Below are positions 1 to 7,796 of a DNA stretch of 64,000 bases, piece after piece. The notes under the pieces are model-generated. The model ran no database searches, was not told the DNA's origin, and saw only the letters and a program-made list of their open reading frames with translations. The DNA is from an uncultured delta proteobacterium (lineage in GTDB: Bacteria > Desulfobacterota > Binatia > DP-6): positions 64,001 through 128,000 of the forward strand of contig CAWFFN010000009.1 of assembly GCA_963815115.1 (NCBI GenBank), given 5' to 3'. Every line of letters begins with the position of its first letter. Within the stretch, counting starts at the first letter, position 1. Position numbers and translations under genes: made by a program.

Positions 1-1352
1 TCCTGGCGACGCTGGCGCCGCCGGCGATGTCGGCCGAGGTCGCGGTCGAGTTCCAGCGGCTCGACGGCTTCGTGTCGCCGGGCACTCCGGCCGAGCTCAA
101 CAAGGTCGGGGTTCTGAAGGTGGGTCCGCCACGCGCGCGCAACGTGCTCGTGCTCAATCCCGGGACGTCGGCCAGCGCCGCCTACTTCGCGCCGCTCGCC
201 AAGACCATCGTGGCCAGGGCGAAGGGCTGGCAGGTGTGGGCCGTCGAGCGCCGGGAGAACCTGCTCGAGGATCACACCGTGCTCGACCGGGCCAAGCAAG
301 GAATGGCCACCGGGCAGGAACTCTTCGACTACTACCTCGGCTGGCTCAGCGACCCGAGCATCACGAACCACATCCAGTTCATCCCGGACGCCGACGTCGC
401 GTACGCGCGGCAGTGGGGCATGAACGTCGAGATCGAGGACCTTCGCCGCGTGGTCAAGCTGGCGCGGAAGGGCGGCCGGAAGGTCGTCCTGGGAGGCCAC
501 TCGCTGGGTGGCTCGATCACCGCGGCCTACGCCACGTGGGACTTCGACGGGAAGCCCGGCGCCAAGGGGCTCTCCGGTCTGGTGTTCATCGACGGTGGCA
601 GCAGCCCGAGCCCGGTGACGCCGGAGAGAGCGACCGAATCGCTCCAGGCGCTGGAGAACGGATCGCCGTGGCTGAGCTTCGGTGGCATCCCCGCACCCTT
701 GGCGGGTCTCTTCAGCGCCAGCGGCTCGCTCGGCGCCCTGCTCGACCCGGACTCTCCCTCGCTCGGTCAGGCATGGCCGCTGCTGCCGGCCAATCTGAAG
801 CCCCCCGTCCGGGTCACCAACCTGGCGCAATACGGATACGCGCTGGACACCGAGACCTCGCCCCCCTCCCTGATCGCGGCCCAGGGGCACCTCGGCCACC
901 TCGCCGCGAGCGGCAACCCGCGCGGCTGGGATCAGGCGGGCGAGATCACACCCATCCAGCGCTTTGCCGAGATGTTCTCGGGAATCGGCTTGCCGAGCCT
1001 GGACGGCACCGCGTGGTATCACCCGATGCGTCTGACGATCGACTCCGGTGCAATCGCGGCCGGCAACCCGAACCCGGCGCAGAGCATCCTCGACGTCCAT
1101 GCGACCCACGGGCACGACCTGCCGAAGAAGCTTCGCATCTATGCGTTCGGGGCGGCGCTCGGCGGTCAGAGGGTCCTCGACGCGGCGACCATCCTCGCCG
1201 GCCAGTCGGGCATTCCCGAGCGTCACCTGACGCTGATCGATCGCCACGAGACCTACGCCCACAACGATCCAAATTCCGCCAGCCCGCAGAACGACTTCGT
1301 CGACGGCCTGGTGCCGTTCCTGACCAGGATCAGGCGGGGCGGGCGCGGCTAG
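1..1352 (+). CDS. Secreted alpha/beta-hydrolase fold protein, probably 5'-truncated by the window edge
   Basis: Nucleophile elbow GHSLGG. The frame is open from the window edge (LATLAPPAMSA looks like a signal-peptide tail). C-terminal YAHND His motif. Confidence 0.7.
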   Translation, partial: LATLAPPAMSAEVAVEFQRLDGFVSPGTPAELNKVGVLKVGPPRARNVLVLNPGTSASAAYFAPLAKTIVARAKGWQVWAVERRENLLEDHTVLDRAKQGMATGQELFDYYLGWLSDPSITNHIQFIPDADVAYARQWGMNVEIEDLRRVVKLARKGGRKVVLGGHSLGGSITAAYATWDFDGKPGAKGLSGLVFIDGGSSPSPVTPERATESLQALENGSPWLSFGGIPAPLAGLFSASGSLGALLDPDSPSLGQAWPLLPANLKPPVRVTNLAQYGYALDTETSPPSLIAAQGHLGHLAASGNPRGWDQAGEITPIQRFAEMFSGIGLPSLDGTAWYHPMRLTIDSGAIAAGNPNPAQSILDVHATHGHDLPKKLRIYAFGAALGGQRVLDAATILAGQSGIPERHLTLIDRHETYAHNDPNSASPQNDFVDGLVPFLTRIRRGGRG

Positions 1353-1357
1353 GAGAG

Positions 1358-1457
1358 CGACCCGAGACTTCGTCTCGGGTCGAGACGGAGGGCGGGAATG
1401 GACTGCATGAACAATGCGAACGTCGTGCCGCGGCCGGCGTAGCCGGCGCGGCAAACG
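1358..1457 (+). repeat. Two-hairpin REP-like unit, copy A
   Basis: H1 CGACCCGAGAC-TTC-GTCTCGGGTCG (1358-1382) and H2 TGCCGC-G-GCCGGC-GTA-GCCGGC-GCGGCA (1426-1453). Homologous to 14358-14472. Confidence 0.8.
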
Positions 1458-1633
1458 TTCCGGAGTGCGACTCTGGAGCTGAGAACGGCATGCGTGTGGG
1501 CCGGTCAGCACCCATTGGGATGGAGCATCTCGAGCTCGACGTACGGGCCGGCGCGGAGGCTCGCCGGTGACGGCGCACGGGTCGGCGCCGCTGGACGGCC
1601 TATCGGGGCTCGGTTATCGTCCGCGCCTCGCGG

Positions 1634-3880
1634 ATGGAGTACCGCCCGAAGCCTCGCGATACCTCGGCGGTGACCCTGCCGGAGGGGCTCAAGCAGCTGA
1701 CCGAGCAGCTTGCCGAGCAGGCGCACGAGACGTGGGCCGAGCGGCGGATGCGGGAGGGCTGGCAGTACGGGTCCGCCCGAGACGATGAGCTGAAGCGGCA
1801 CCCCGATCTCGTTCCCTACGGCGAGCTACCCGAGTCGGAGAAGGAGTACGACCGTGCCGTCGCGCTCCACTCCGTGAAGACGGTGCTCGCGCTGGGATAT
1901 CGGATCGATCCGCCGGAGCGCCGGGATGCCGAGGAGGCCACGATCGAGCTCGCGCTCCGGCGCCTGCGCGGTGGCGAGCGCCTGGTAGTCTCCGACCTGA
2001 TCGGGCTCTGGCGCTCGGTGACGGACGCCGCCTCGCCGAGCTCACCCGAGGTCTTCGTCCTTCTCGCCAACCGGCTGCTCGCGCTGGACGAGCCACTGGT
2101 CGCCTACGACGTGGTCCACCACGGTCTCGAGCGCTTCCGCGATCACGTGCGATTGCGCCAGCTCCGTGCCGTCGCCCTCAAACGCAGCGGAGCAGCCGCA
2201 GCGGCGAATGCGATCGCCAGCGCGCTGGTTGCCGAGGACCACGCCGACGGCGAGACGCTCGGCATCCTGGCGAGCACGCACCGGGTTCTGGCGCGACAGG
2301 CGCGAACGCGACGCGAGCGCGATCAGGAGCTCGAAACGGCGCAGCTCGCCTACGAGCGGGGCTATCGGGTGGCGGTCGCGAATGGTGCCCTGGACGACGC
2401 GATCTATGCGGGCATCAACGCCGCCTCGGTCGCCTTCCTGCTCGGCCGCGAGCGCGCGGCGCAGGCGACCGCGGGCGAGGTTCAGCGGCACTGCGAGGCG
2501 CGCCTCGCAGACGGCGCAGACTACTGGGCCGAGGCATCCTTCGCCGAGGCGGCGCTCGTCCTCGGCGACCTGGAAACCGCCCGGAGCTGGTATGCGCGCG
2601 CTGCCGCGACCGGTCGCGGCCACTACGCCAACCTCACGGCCACGCGCCAGCAGGCACGCGAGCTCCTGCGCCACCGCGGCGACGATGAGCACGGCCTGGA
2701 TGTCTGCTTCGGCATACCGGTGGTGATCGCGTTCTCGGGCCACATGGTCGACGCGCCGAACCGCTGGCGGCCGCGCTTTCCCGCTGCGCTCGAGCCCCGG
2801 GTCGCGAGCGCCATCGAGGCGGCACTCGAACCGCACCCGGAGATCATCGCGTACGGGGGGGCCGCCGGCGGGGCCGACATTCTCTTCCTCGAGGCCGCCC
2901 TCGCCCGGGGAGGCCAGGTGAACGTGGTCATCCCCGGTCCGATCGAGAGGTACCGCGAGGAGAGCGTCCCGGCAGCGGGCTCCTGGCGCGCGCGTTTCGA
3001 TTGCATCCTCGAGCGCGCCGCCCATGTCGAGCTGGTGGATCGTCGCGGCCCCGCCGGTGATGCCAGCAGCTTCGAGTATGCCAACCTGATCACCGCGGGT
3101 CTCGCCAAGCTGCGCGCCGAGCAGCTCCACACCGACCTGCTCCCGCTCGCGGTGTGGGATGGGAGACCCGGCGACGGACCGGGCGGGACGGCGAGCGTGG
3201 TCGCGCAGTGGCGGGCGCACGGCCCCGAGCCCGAGGTGATCGATCTGCGGTCGATGCTGGCCGGGCTCGGCGCGGCGGCGAGGTCCGGCGGCGGTCGCAC
3301 GCCCGCCCGGCGGCGTGGGAGCACACCCTCCCGCCGGCGGCAGCGAATCCTCGCCATGCTGTTCGCGGACGTCGTCGGCTTCTCGACGCTGGACGACGAG
3401 CACATTCCCCGCTTCGTCGCGAAGCTCATGGGTGCCGTCGCCCGCCTCGGGCGCCGCCGCCCCGGCGCCGTGCTCTCGCGCAACACCTGGGGAGACGGTC
3501 TGTACTACGTGTTCCGCTCCGTCGCCGAGGCCGGGCGCTTCGCGCTCGACCTCCGCGACATGGTCGTCGCCACGGACTGGACGCGTCACGGGTTCCCGCA
3601 CGCCCTCAACCTGCGTATCGGCCTGCACGCCGGCCCGGTGTACGTGCTGCCCGACCCGGTGCTCGGGCGCAGGACCTACAGCGGAACCCACGTCAACTGG
3701 GCGGCCCGCATCGAGCCCATCACCGTGCCGGGACAGGTCTACGCCAGCCTTCCCTTCGCGGCCCTGGCGGCCGTGGAGGACGTACGCGCGTTCGCCTGCG
3801 AGTATGCCGGGATGATCCCGCTCGCCAAGAAGTTCGACACCGTCCCCGTGTACCGCGTGAGCCGGCATCGGGCGCGCTAG
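1634..3880 (+). CDS. RyR domain + TPR-sensor-like helical region + SLOG-like domain + class III nucleotide cyclase
   Basis: RyR: AEQAHETWAERRMREGWQYG..HPDLVPYGELPESEKEYDR. TPR-S-like: YAGINAA, DYWAEAS. SLOG-like: FSGHMVD..GGAAGGADILF..LAVWDG..GGT. Cyclase: LFADVVGFS, TWGDG, LRIGLHAGPV, VNWAARIE. Confidence 0.85.
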   Translation: MEYRPKPRDTSAVTLPEGLKQLTEQLAEQAHETWAERRMREGWQYGSARDDELKRHPDLVPYGELPESEKEYDRAVALHSVKTVLALGYRIDPPERRDAEEATIELALRRLRGGERLVVSDLIGLWRSVTDAASPSSPEVFVLLANRLLALDEPLVAYDVVHHGLERFRDHVRLRQLRAVALKRSGAAAAANAIASALVAEDHADGETLGILASTHRVLARQARTRRERDQELETAQLAYERGYRVAVANGALDDAIYAGINAASVAFLLGRERAAQATAGEVQRHCEARLADGADYWAEASFAEAALVLGDLETARSWYARAAATGRGHYANLTATRQQARELLRHRGDDEHGLDVCFGIPVVIAFSGHMVDAPNRWRPRFPAALEPRVASAIEAALEPHPEIIAYGGAAGGADILFLEAALARGGQVNVVIPGPIERYREESVPAAGSWRARFDCILERAAHVELVDRRGPAGDASSFEYANLITAGLAKLRAEQLHTDLLPLAVWDGRPGDGPGGTASVVAQWRAHGPEPEVIDLRSMLAGLGAAARSGGGRTPARRRGSTPSRRRQRILAMLFADVVGFSTLDDEHIPRFVAKLMGAVARLGRRRPGAVLSRNTWGDGLYYVFRSVAEAGRFALDLRDMVVATDWTRHGFPHALNLRIGLHAGPVYVLPDPVLGRRTYSGTHVNWAARIEPITVPGQVYASLPFAALAAVEDVRAFACEYAGMIPLAKKFDTVPVYRVSRHRAR

Positions 3881-3884
3881 CCTC

Positions 3885-3914
3885 GCCAAGAGAAGGCCCG
3901 CCAAGAGAAGGCCC
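3885..3914 (+). repeat. 15-bp perfect tandem duplication
   Basis: GCCAAGAGAAGGCCC x2 in the short gap upstream of the GNAT gene. Confidence 0.9.
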
Positions 3915-3929
3915 ACCGGGAGAAGCGTC

Positions 3930-4430
3930 ATGTCCGACCTTCGGGTCCGCCCCGCCGAGCCGACCGACCTCGCGCGCTTGACGGCGATCTACAACCACTA
4001 CGTCGCGGAGACCGCGATCACCTTCGACATCGACAGGCGCGAGGCCGAGGAGCGCCGCGGCTGGTACCTCGACCACACCTCCGGACCCGGGCATCGCCTC
4101 CTCGTCGTCGAGGAGGGAACGAGTCTCCTCGGGTACGCCGGGAGCGGCACGTTCCGCGCCAAGCGCGCGTACGACACGACGGTCGAGACGACCGTCTATC
4201 TCGACCCGGCGGCGACCGGGCGCGGCCTCGGCACCCTGCTCTACGCCGCGCTGTTCGATTCGCTGGCGGGCGAGGACGTCCATCGAGCCGTAGCCGGGAT
4301 CACGCTGCCCAATCCGGCGTCTCTGGCGCTGCACCGCCGCTTCGGGTTTCGCGAGGTGGGCGTGTTCAAAGAGAACGGACGCAAGCTCGGGCGCTACTGG
4401 GACGTCGCCTGGCTCGAGCGGCCGGTTTGA
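3930..4430 (+). CDS. GNAT N-acetyltransferase, phosphinothricin acetyltransferase/YncA-like
   Basis: IYNHYV..TF, GRGLGT acetyl-CoA motif, NPASLALH..FGF, GRKLGRYWD. Confidence 0.9.
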   Translation: MSDLRVRPAEPTDLARLTAIYNHYVAETAITFDIDRREAEERRGWYLDHTSGPGHRLLVVEEGTSLLGYAGSGTFRAKRAYDTTVETTVYLDPAATGRGLGTLLYAALFDSLAGEDVHRAVAGITLPNPASLALHRRFGFREVGVFKENGRKLGRYWDVAWLERPV

Positions 4431-4436
4431 CGTGGG

Positions 4437-5384
4437 CTACCCGGCCGGCGCGACCAGCACCTTCAGCGCGCCAGGTCTGCCGGCGTGGGCGAAGGCCTCG
4501 ATGCCCTCCGCGAGCGGGTAGACGGCCTCGACCAGAGGCGCAACCTGGACCGTGCCTGCCACGAGCGCGGCGAGCGCGGGCGCGAACGGCCCGCAGCGCG
4601 AGCCGAGGACGGTGACCTCGTTCACCACCGCCCGCGTGAGGTCGACGCGGTGCTCGGCAGCGATCGTCGTCTTGAGCACCACGGTCCCGCGCGGCCGGAC
4701 CAGGGCAAGGGCCGCCGCCAGCCCGCTGGAAGACCCCGTGCTGTCGACGACCAGGTCGGCGTCGGGCGCGGGAGGGCCGGTGTCGAGCCCGAGCCGCCTC
4801 GCGAGCGCGAGCTTCTCGCCGTGACGCCCCGCGAGCGTGACGCGTGCGCCGGCGCCAGCGAGCACCTGCGCGACGAGGAGCCCGAGCTTGCCGTCCCCCA
4901 GCACGACGACACGCCGGCCGCCGACGTCGCCGAGCTGCTCGAGGATCTCGAAGGCGGCGGCAACGGGCTCGGCGAAGACGGCGGTCGCGTCCGGGAGCTC
5001 GTCGGGCACCCGGTGCAGGACGCGCGACGGAACCGCCAGCAGCTCGGCGAAGGCGCCGTCGGCGCGCACGATGCCCTGCACCCGGCGCGTCGGGCAGTGG
5101 CGCGCCAGCCCGCGGAGGCACGCTGCGCACCGTTCGCAGCCGAAGTTGATCTCGCCGACGACGCGAGCTCCGGAGAGCGCGGGATCGGGCGCTGCCACCA
5201 CTTCCCCGACCCACTCGTGCCCCGGCGTTCCCCGGAAGCCGAGGTAGCCGCGACAGATCTCGAGGTCGGTGCGACAGATGCCGGCCAGCCGCACGCGTAC
5301 CAGGGCCTCCCCCGGACCGGCCACCGGGTCGGGCAGGTCCGACGGGAGCCGGAGCCGATCACCGTCCCATCGCAGCGCTCGCAC
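4437..5384 (-). CDS. Zn-dependent alcohol dehydrogenase (MDR family)
   Basis: GICRTD, GHEWVG, structural Zn CxxCxxCx7C, GDGKLG. Confidence 0.9.
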   Translation of the reverse strand: MRALRWDGDRLRLPSDLPDPVAGPGEALVRVRLAGICRTDLEICRGYLGFRGTPGHEWVGEVVAAPDPALSGARVVGEINFGCERCAACLRGLARHCPTRRVQGIVRADGAFAELLAVPSRVLHRVPDELPDATAVFAEPVAAAFEILEQLGDVGGRRVVVLGDGKLGLLVAQVLAGAGARVTLAGRHGEKLALARRLGLDTGPPAPDADLVVDSTGSSSGLAAALALVRPRGTVVLKTTIAAEHRVDLTRAVVNEVTVLGSRCGPFAPALAALVAGTVQVAPLVEAVYPLAEGIEAFAHAGRPGALKVLVAPAG

Positions 5385-5452
5385 GGCTCCGCGAGGCTAC
5401 ACCCGTCGCGGCTGGTGGCAATGGCCGCACGCGTCGAGCTAGCAGAGCTCGC

Positions 5453-5739
5453 ATGATGCAGTTCGAGCTCACGGCCCGGTGCGGCGTCTCACCTACAAGG
5501 CCGCGTGGCCGATCGACCAGGGAATAACGGCGCCGATCCTCTCGTCCTATGCCAAGGCCTTCGGAGCCGATCACGCCATGAAGATCACCACCGATGCCGT
5601 CCAGATCTTCGGCGGCTACGGCTACATGAAGGAGTATCCGGTCGAGAAGCTCATGCGGGACGGCAAGCTGCTTCAGATCCACGAAGGAACCAGCCAGATC
5701 CAGCGGGTGGTGATTGCCCGGAACCTCCTGAAAGGGTGA
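5453..5739 (+). pseudogene. Acyl-CoA dehydrogenase remnant with a large internal deletion
   Basis: MMQFELT start at 5453 is joined out of frame to a C-terminal segment ([37 protein letters not shown]). Confidence 0.75.
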
Positions 5740-5753
5740 TTCGACTTTCTGAA

Positions 5754-5783
5754 TTGACATCTCTGGCCTGGCACGGCTAGAGG
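5754..5783 (+). promoter_or_regulatory. Possible sigma70 promoter of the XRE gene
   Basis: Perfect TTGACA at 5754-5759; weak -10 (TAGAGG) 18 nt downstream. Confidence 0.35.
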
Positions 5784-5789
5784 ACAGCC

Positions 5790-6290
5790 ATGGGGTGGGA
5801 GAACAACGTACCGGGTGTACGGCTCGACTGGTCGATCTGGATCAAGGGATTGGGCAAGCAGGCGCGTCGCGTCCGCGAGTTCCTCGGGTTGTCCCAGGAG
5901 CAGGTGGCCAGACTCGCCGGCGTGAGCCAGGGAGCGGTGAGCCGCTTCGAGGGAGGCCGGGGGCTCGCAACCCCCCTTCTCGTCGTGATGAAGGTGAATG
6001 CCGCGTTGCGTAGCGGCGTGGCGGCGATGGATCACGACGTGCTCTCCGACGATGCGCGGCGCCTGTTCTCGTTCGAGGCCTACGGCTTGCAGGAGAATCC
6101 CGATGCGGCTCCTCCGATGACGAAGGAGCCCGAGCTGGAGGAACTGATCCGGCTCTACCGCGACCTGCCCGAACGACAGCGCCAGCGCCTCCTGACCGTC
6201 GTTCGCGCCACCGCGGCGGCGCTCGGGGCGCCGGAGGCGGCGGTCGTCCGGGAGCACCTGCAATCGAACGTCGCGGACTCCCCGCTCTGA
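5790..6290 (+). CDS. XRE-family HTH transcriptional regulator
   Basis: RRVREFLGLSQEQVARLAGVSQGAVSRFEGG HTH. Confidence 0.85.
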   Translation: MGWENNVPGVRLDWSIWIKGLGKQARRVREFLGLSQEQVARLAGVSQGAVSRFEGGRGLATPLLVVMKVNAALRSGVAAMDHDVLSDDARRLFSFEAYGLQENPDAAPPMTKEPELEELIRLYRDLPERQRQRLLTVVRATAAALGAPEAAVVREHLQSNVADSPL

Positions 6291-6340
6291 TCGCGGCGCC
6301 GGTTGACCCTCGCGCGCACCTCTCGTAAGGGAGGCGCGCC

Positions 6341-7402
6341 ATGGCCGTGGTTCGCAAGCAGCGCGGGCATTTTCTCGAGGATTTTCGCCCGGGCGACGTC
6401 TATCGCCACAAGGGCGGCAAGACGATCACCGAGGGGTTGTTCGCCATCTTCACCGACTTCTCGATGACGACCAACCCGCTGTCGAAGAACGCCCGCTACG
6501 CGCGTGCCTACGGGTTCGACGGTCTGGTCGTCCCGCCGGGGCTCGTCATGCTGGCGGTGTTCAGCCAGAGCGTGGAGGACGTCTCGGAGAACGCTCGGGC
6601 CAACCTCGAGTACATCGACATGCGCTTCGGGGTGCCGGTCTACCTCGGTGACACCCTCGAAGCCGAGACCCTCGTTCTCGGCGTGAAGGGCTCGTCGAGC
6701 AATCCGATGCTCGGCGTGGTGCACGTCCAGACCACGGGCCGCAACCAGGACGGCGACGTGGTGCTGACCTTCCAGCGCAAGGTCCAGGTGTGGAAGCGCG
6801 ATCGTGACGCTTCGCTGCACGAGCGCGAGGTCGCGCCCGCGCGCATCGAGGCCTCGCTCACGCTGCCGGCGTACGACCCCGCGCGCCGCTACGGCGATCT
6901 CGCCCACCTCACCAACGACGACTCGTATCTCGAGGACTTCACCCCCGGCGACGTCGTCGAGCACTCGCGCGGGCGTGTGGTCACGACCGACCACGTCATG
7001 CTCACCGGCATCCTCGACAACACCTCGCAGGTGCACTGCAACCAGTGGATGGTGTCGCAGGATCCGGATCGATTCGTCGGCGGACAGCTGATCGTTTTCG
7101 GCGGCATCCCGTTCAACCTCTGCCTCGGCATCTCGTCCGCCGACCTGGGCGACAACTCGCTGGGCGACATCCGCTACGCCACCGGCAGACACACGGCGCC
7201 GATCTTCGCAGGCGACACGGTCTTCGCGAGCACGGAGATTCGCGGCATCGCGGATTTTCCGGGGCGTGCCGACCTCGGTGTGCTGAGCGCGACGTTGCGC
7301 GGCCACAAGTTCGCCAAGAAGGACGACCGGGTCGAGCGGATCGAGATCTTCTACCTCGAGCGCGAGATCGCCGTGAAGCGCCGGAGCCACTACACCGTCT
7401 GA
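6341..7402 (+). CDS. Double hot-dog MaoC dehydratase (mesaconyl-CoA hydratase-like)
   Basis: Two FLEDF/YLEDF..GD MaoC units. SD GGAGG upstream. Confidence 0.85.
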   Translation: MAVVRKQRGHFLEDFRPGDVYRHKGGKTITEGLFAIFTDFSMTTNPLSKNARYARAYGFDGLVVPPGLVMLAVFSQSVEDVSENARANLEYIDMRFGVPVYLGDTLEAETLVLGVKGSSSNPMLGVVHVQTTGRNQDGDVVLTFQRKVQVWKRDRDASLHEREVAPARIEASLTLPAYDPARRYGDLAHLTNDDSYLEDFTPGDVVEHSRGRVVTTDHVMLTGILDNTSQVHCNQWMVSQDPDRFVGGQLIVFGGIPFNLCLGISSADLGDNSLGDIRYATGRHTAPIFAGDTVFASTEIRGIADFPGRADLGVLSATLRGHKFAKKDDRVERIEIFYLEREIAVKRRSHYTV

Positions 7403-7413
7403 TCTCCGCGCTC

Positions 7414-7776
7414 GTGCGCACGGTCGGACTGCTGCTCGCACTCGCCGGCGTGGCGCTCGCCGTCCGCAGTGCGGCGCTCCTCGCCGGCCGCGGGCGGCCA
7501 CGGCGCGGCCCGACCCCGGCGTTCGTGATCGCGGGACCGTACCTGCGGCTGCGCAATCCGCTGCTCGCCGGTCTGATCGTGGCGCTCGCGGGCGTCGCCC
7601 TGTGGCGCGAGTCGGGAACGTTGCTCGTGCTCGCCGGCGCCGCCGCCTGGGCGGCGCACTGGTGGGTCACGCGCGTCGAGGAGCCGGACCTGCGGCGGCG
7701 CTTCGGCGTCGCCTACGAGGCCTACCTGCGAAGCGTGCCGCGCTGGATGCCGCACCGCCGCCGCGCGCCCACGTGA
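7414..7776 (+). CDS. Isoprenylcysteine carboxyl/phospholipid methyltransferase family membrane protein
   Basis: GPYLRLRNP, EEPDLRRRFG..YEAY..VPRW. The start (7399 CTG or 7414 GTG) is uncertain. Confidence 0.75.
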   Translation: MRTVGLLLALAGVALAVRSAALLAGRGRPRRGPTPAFVIAGPYLRLRNPLLAGLIVALAGVALWRESGTLLVLAGAAAWAAHWWVTRVEEPDLRRRFGVAYEAYLRSVPRWMPHRRRAPT

Positions 7777-7796
7777 CGCGGCGGCGCCACCGACGC

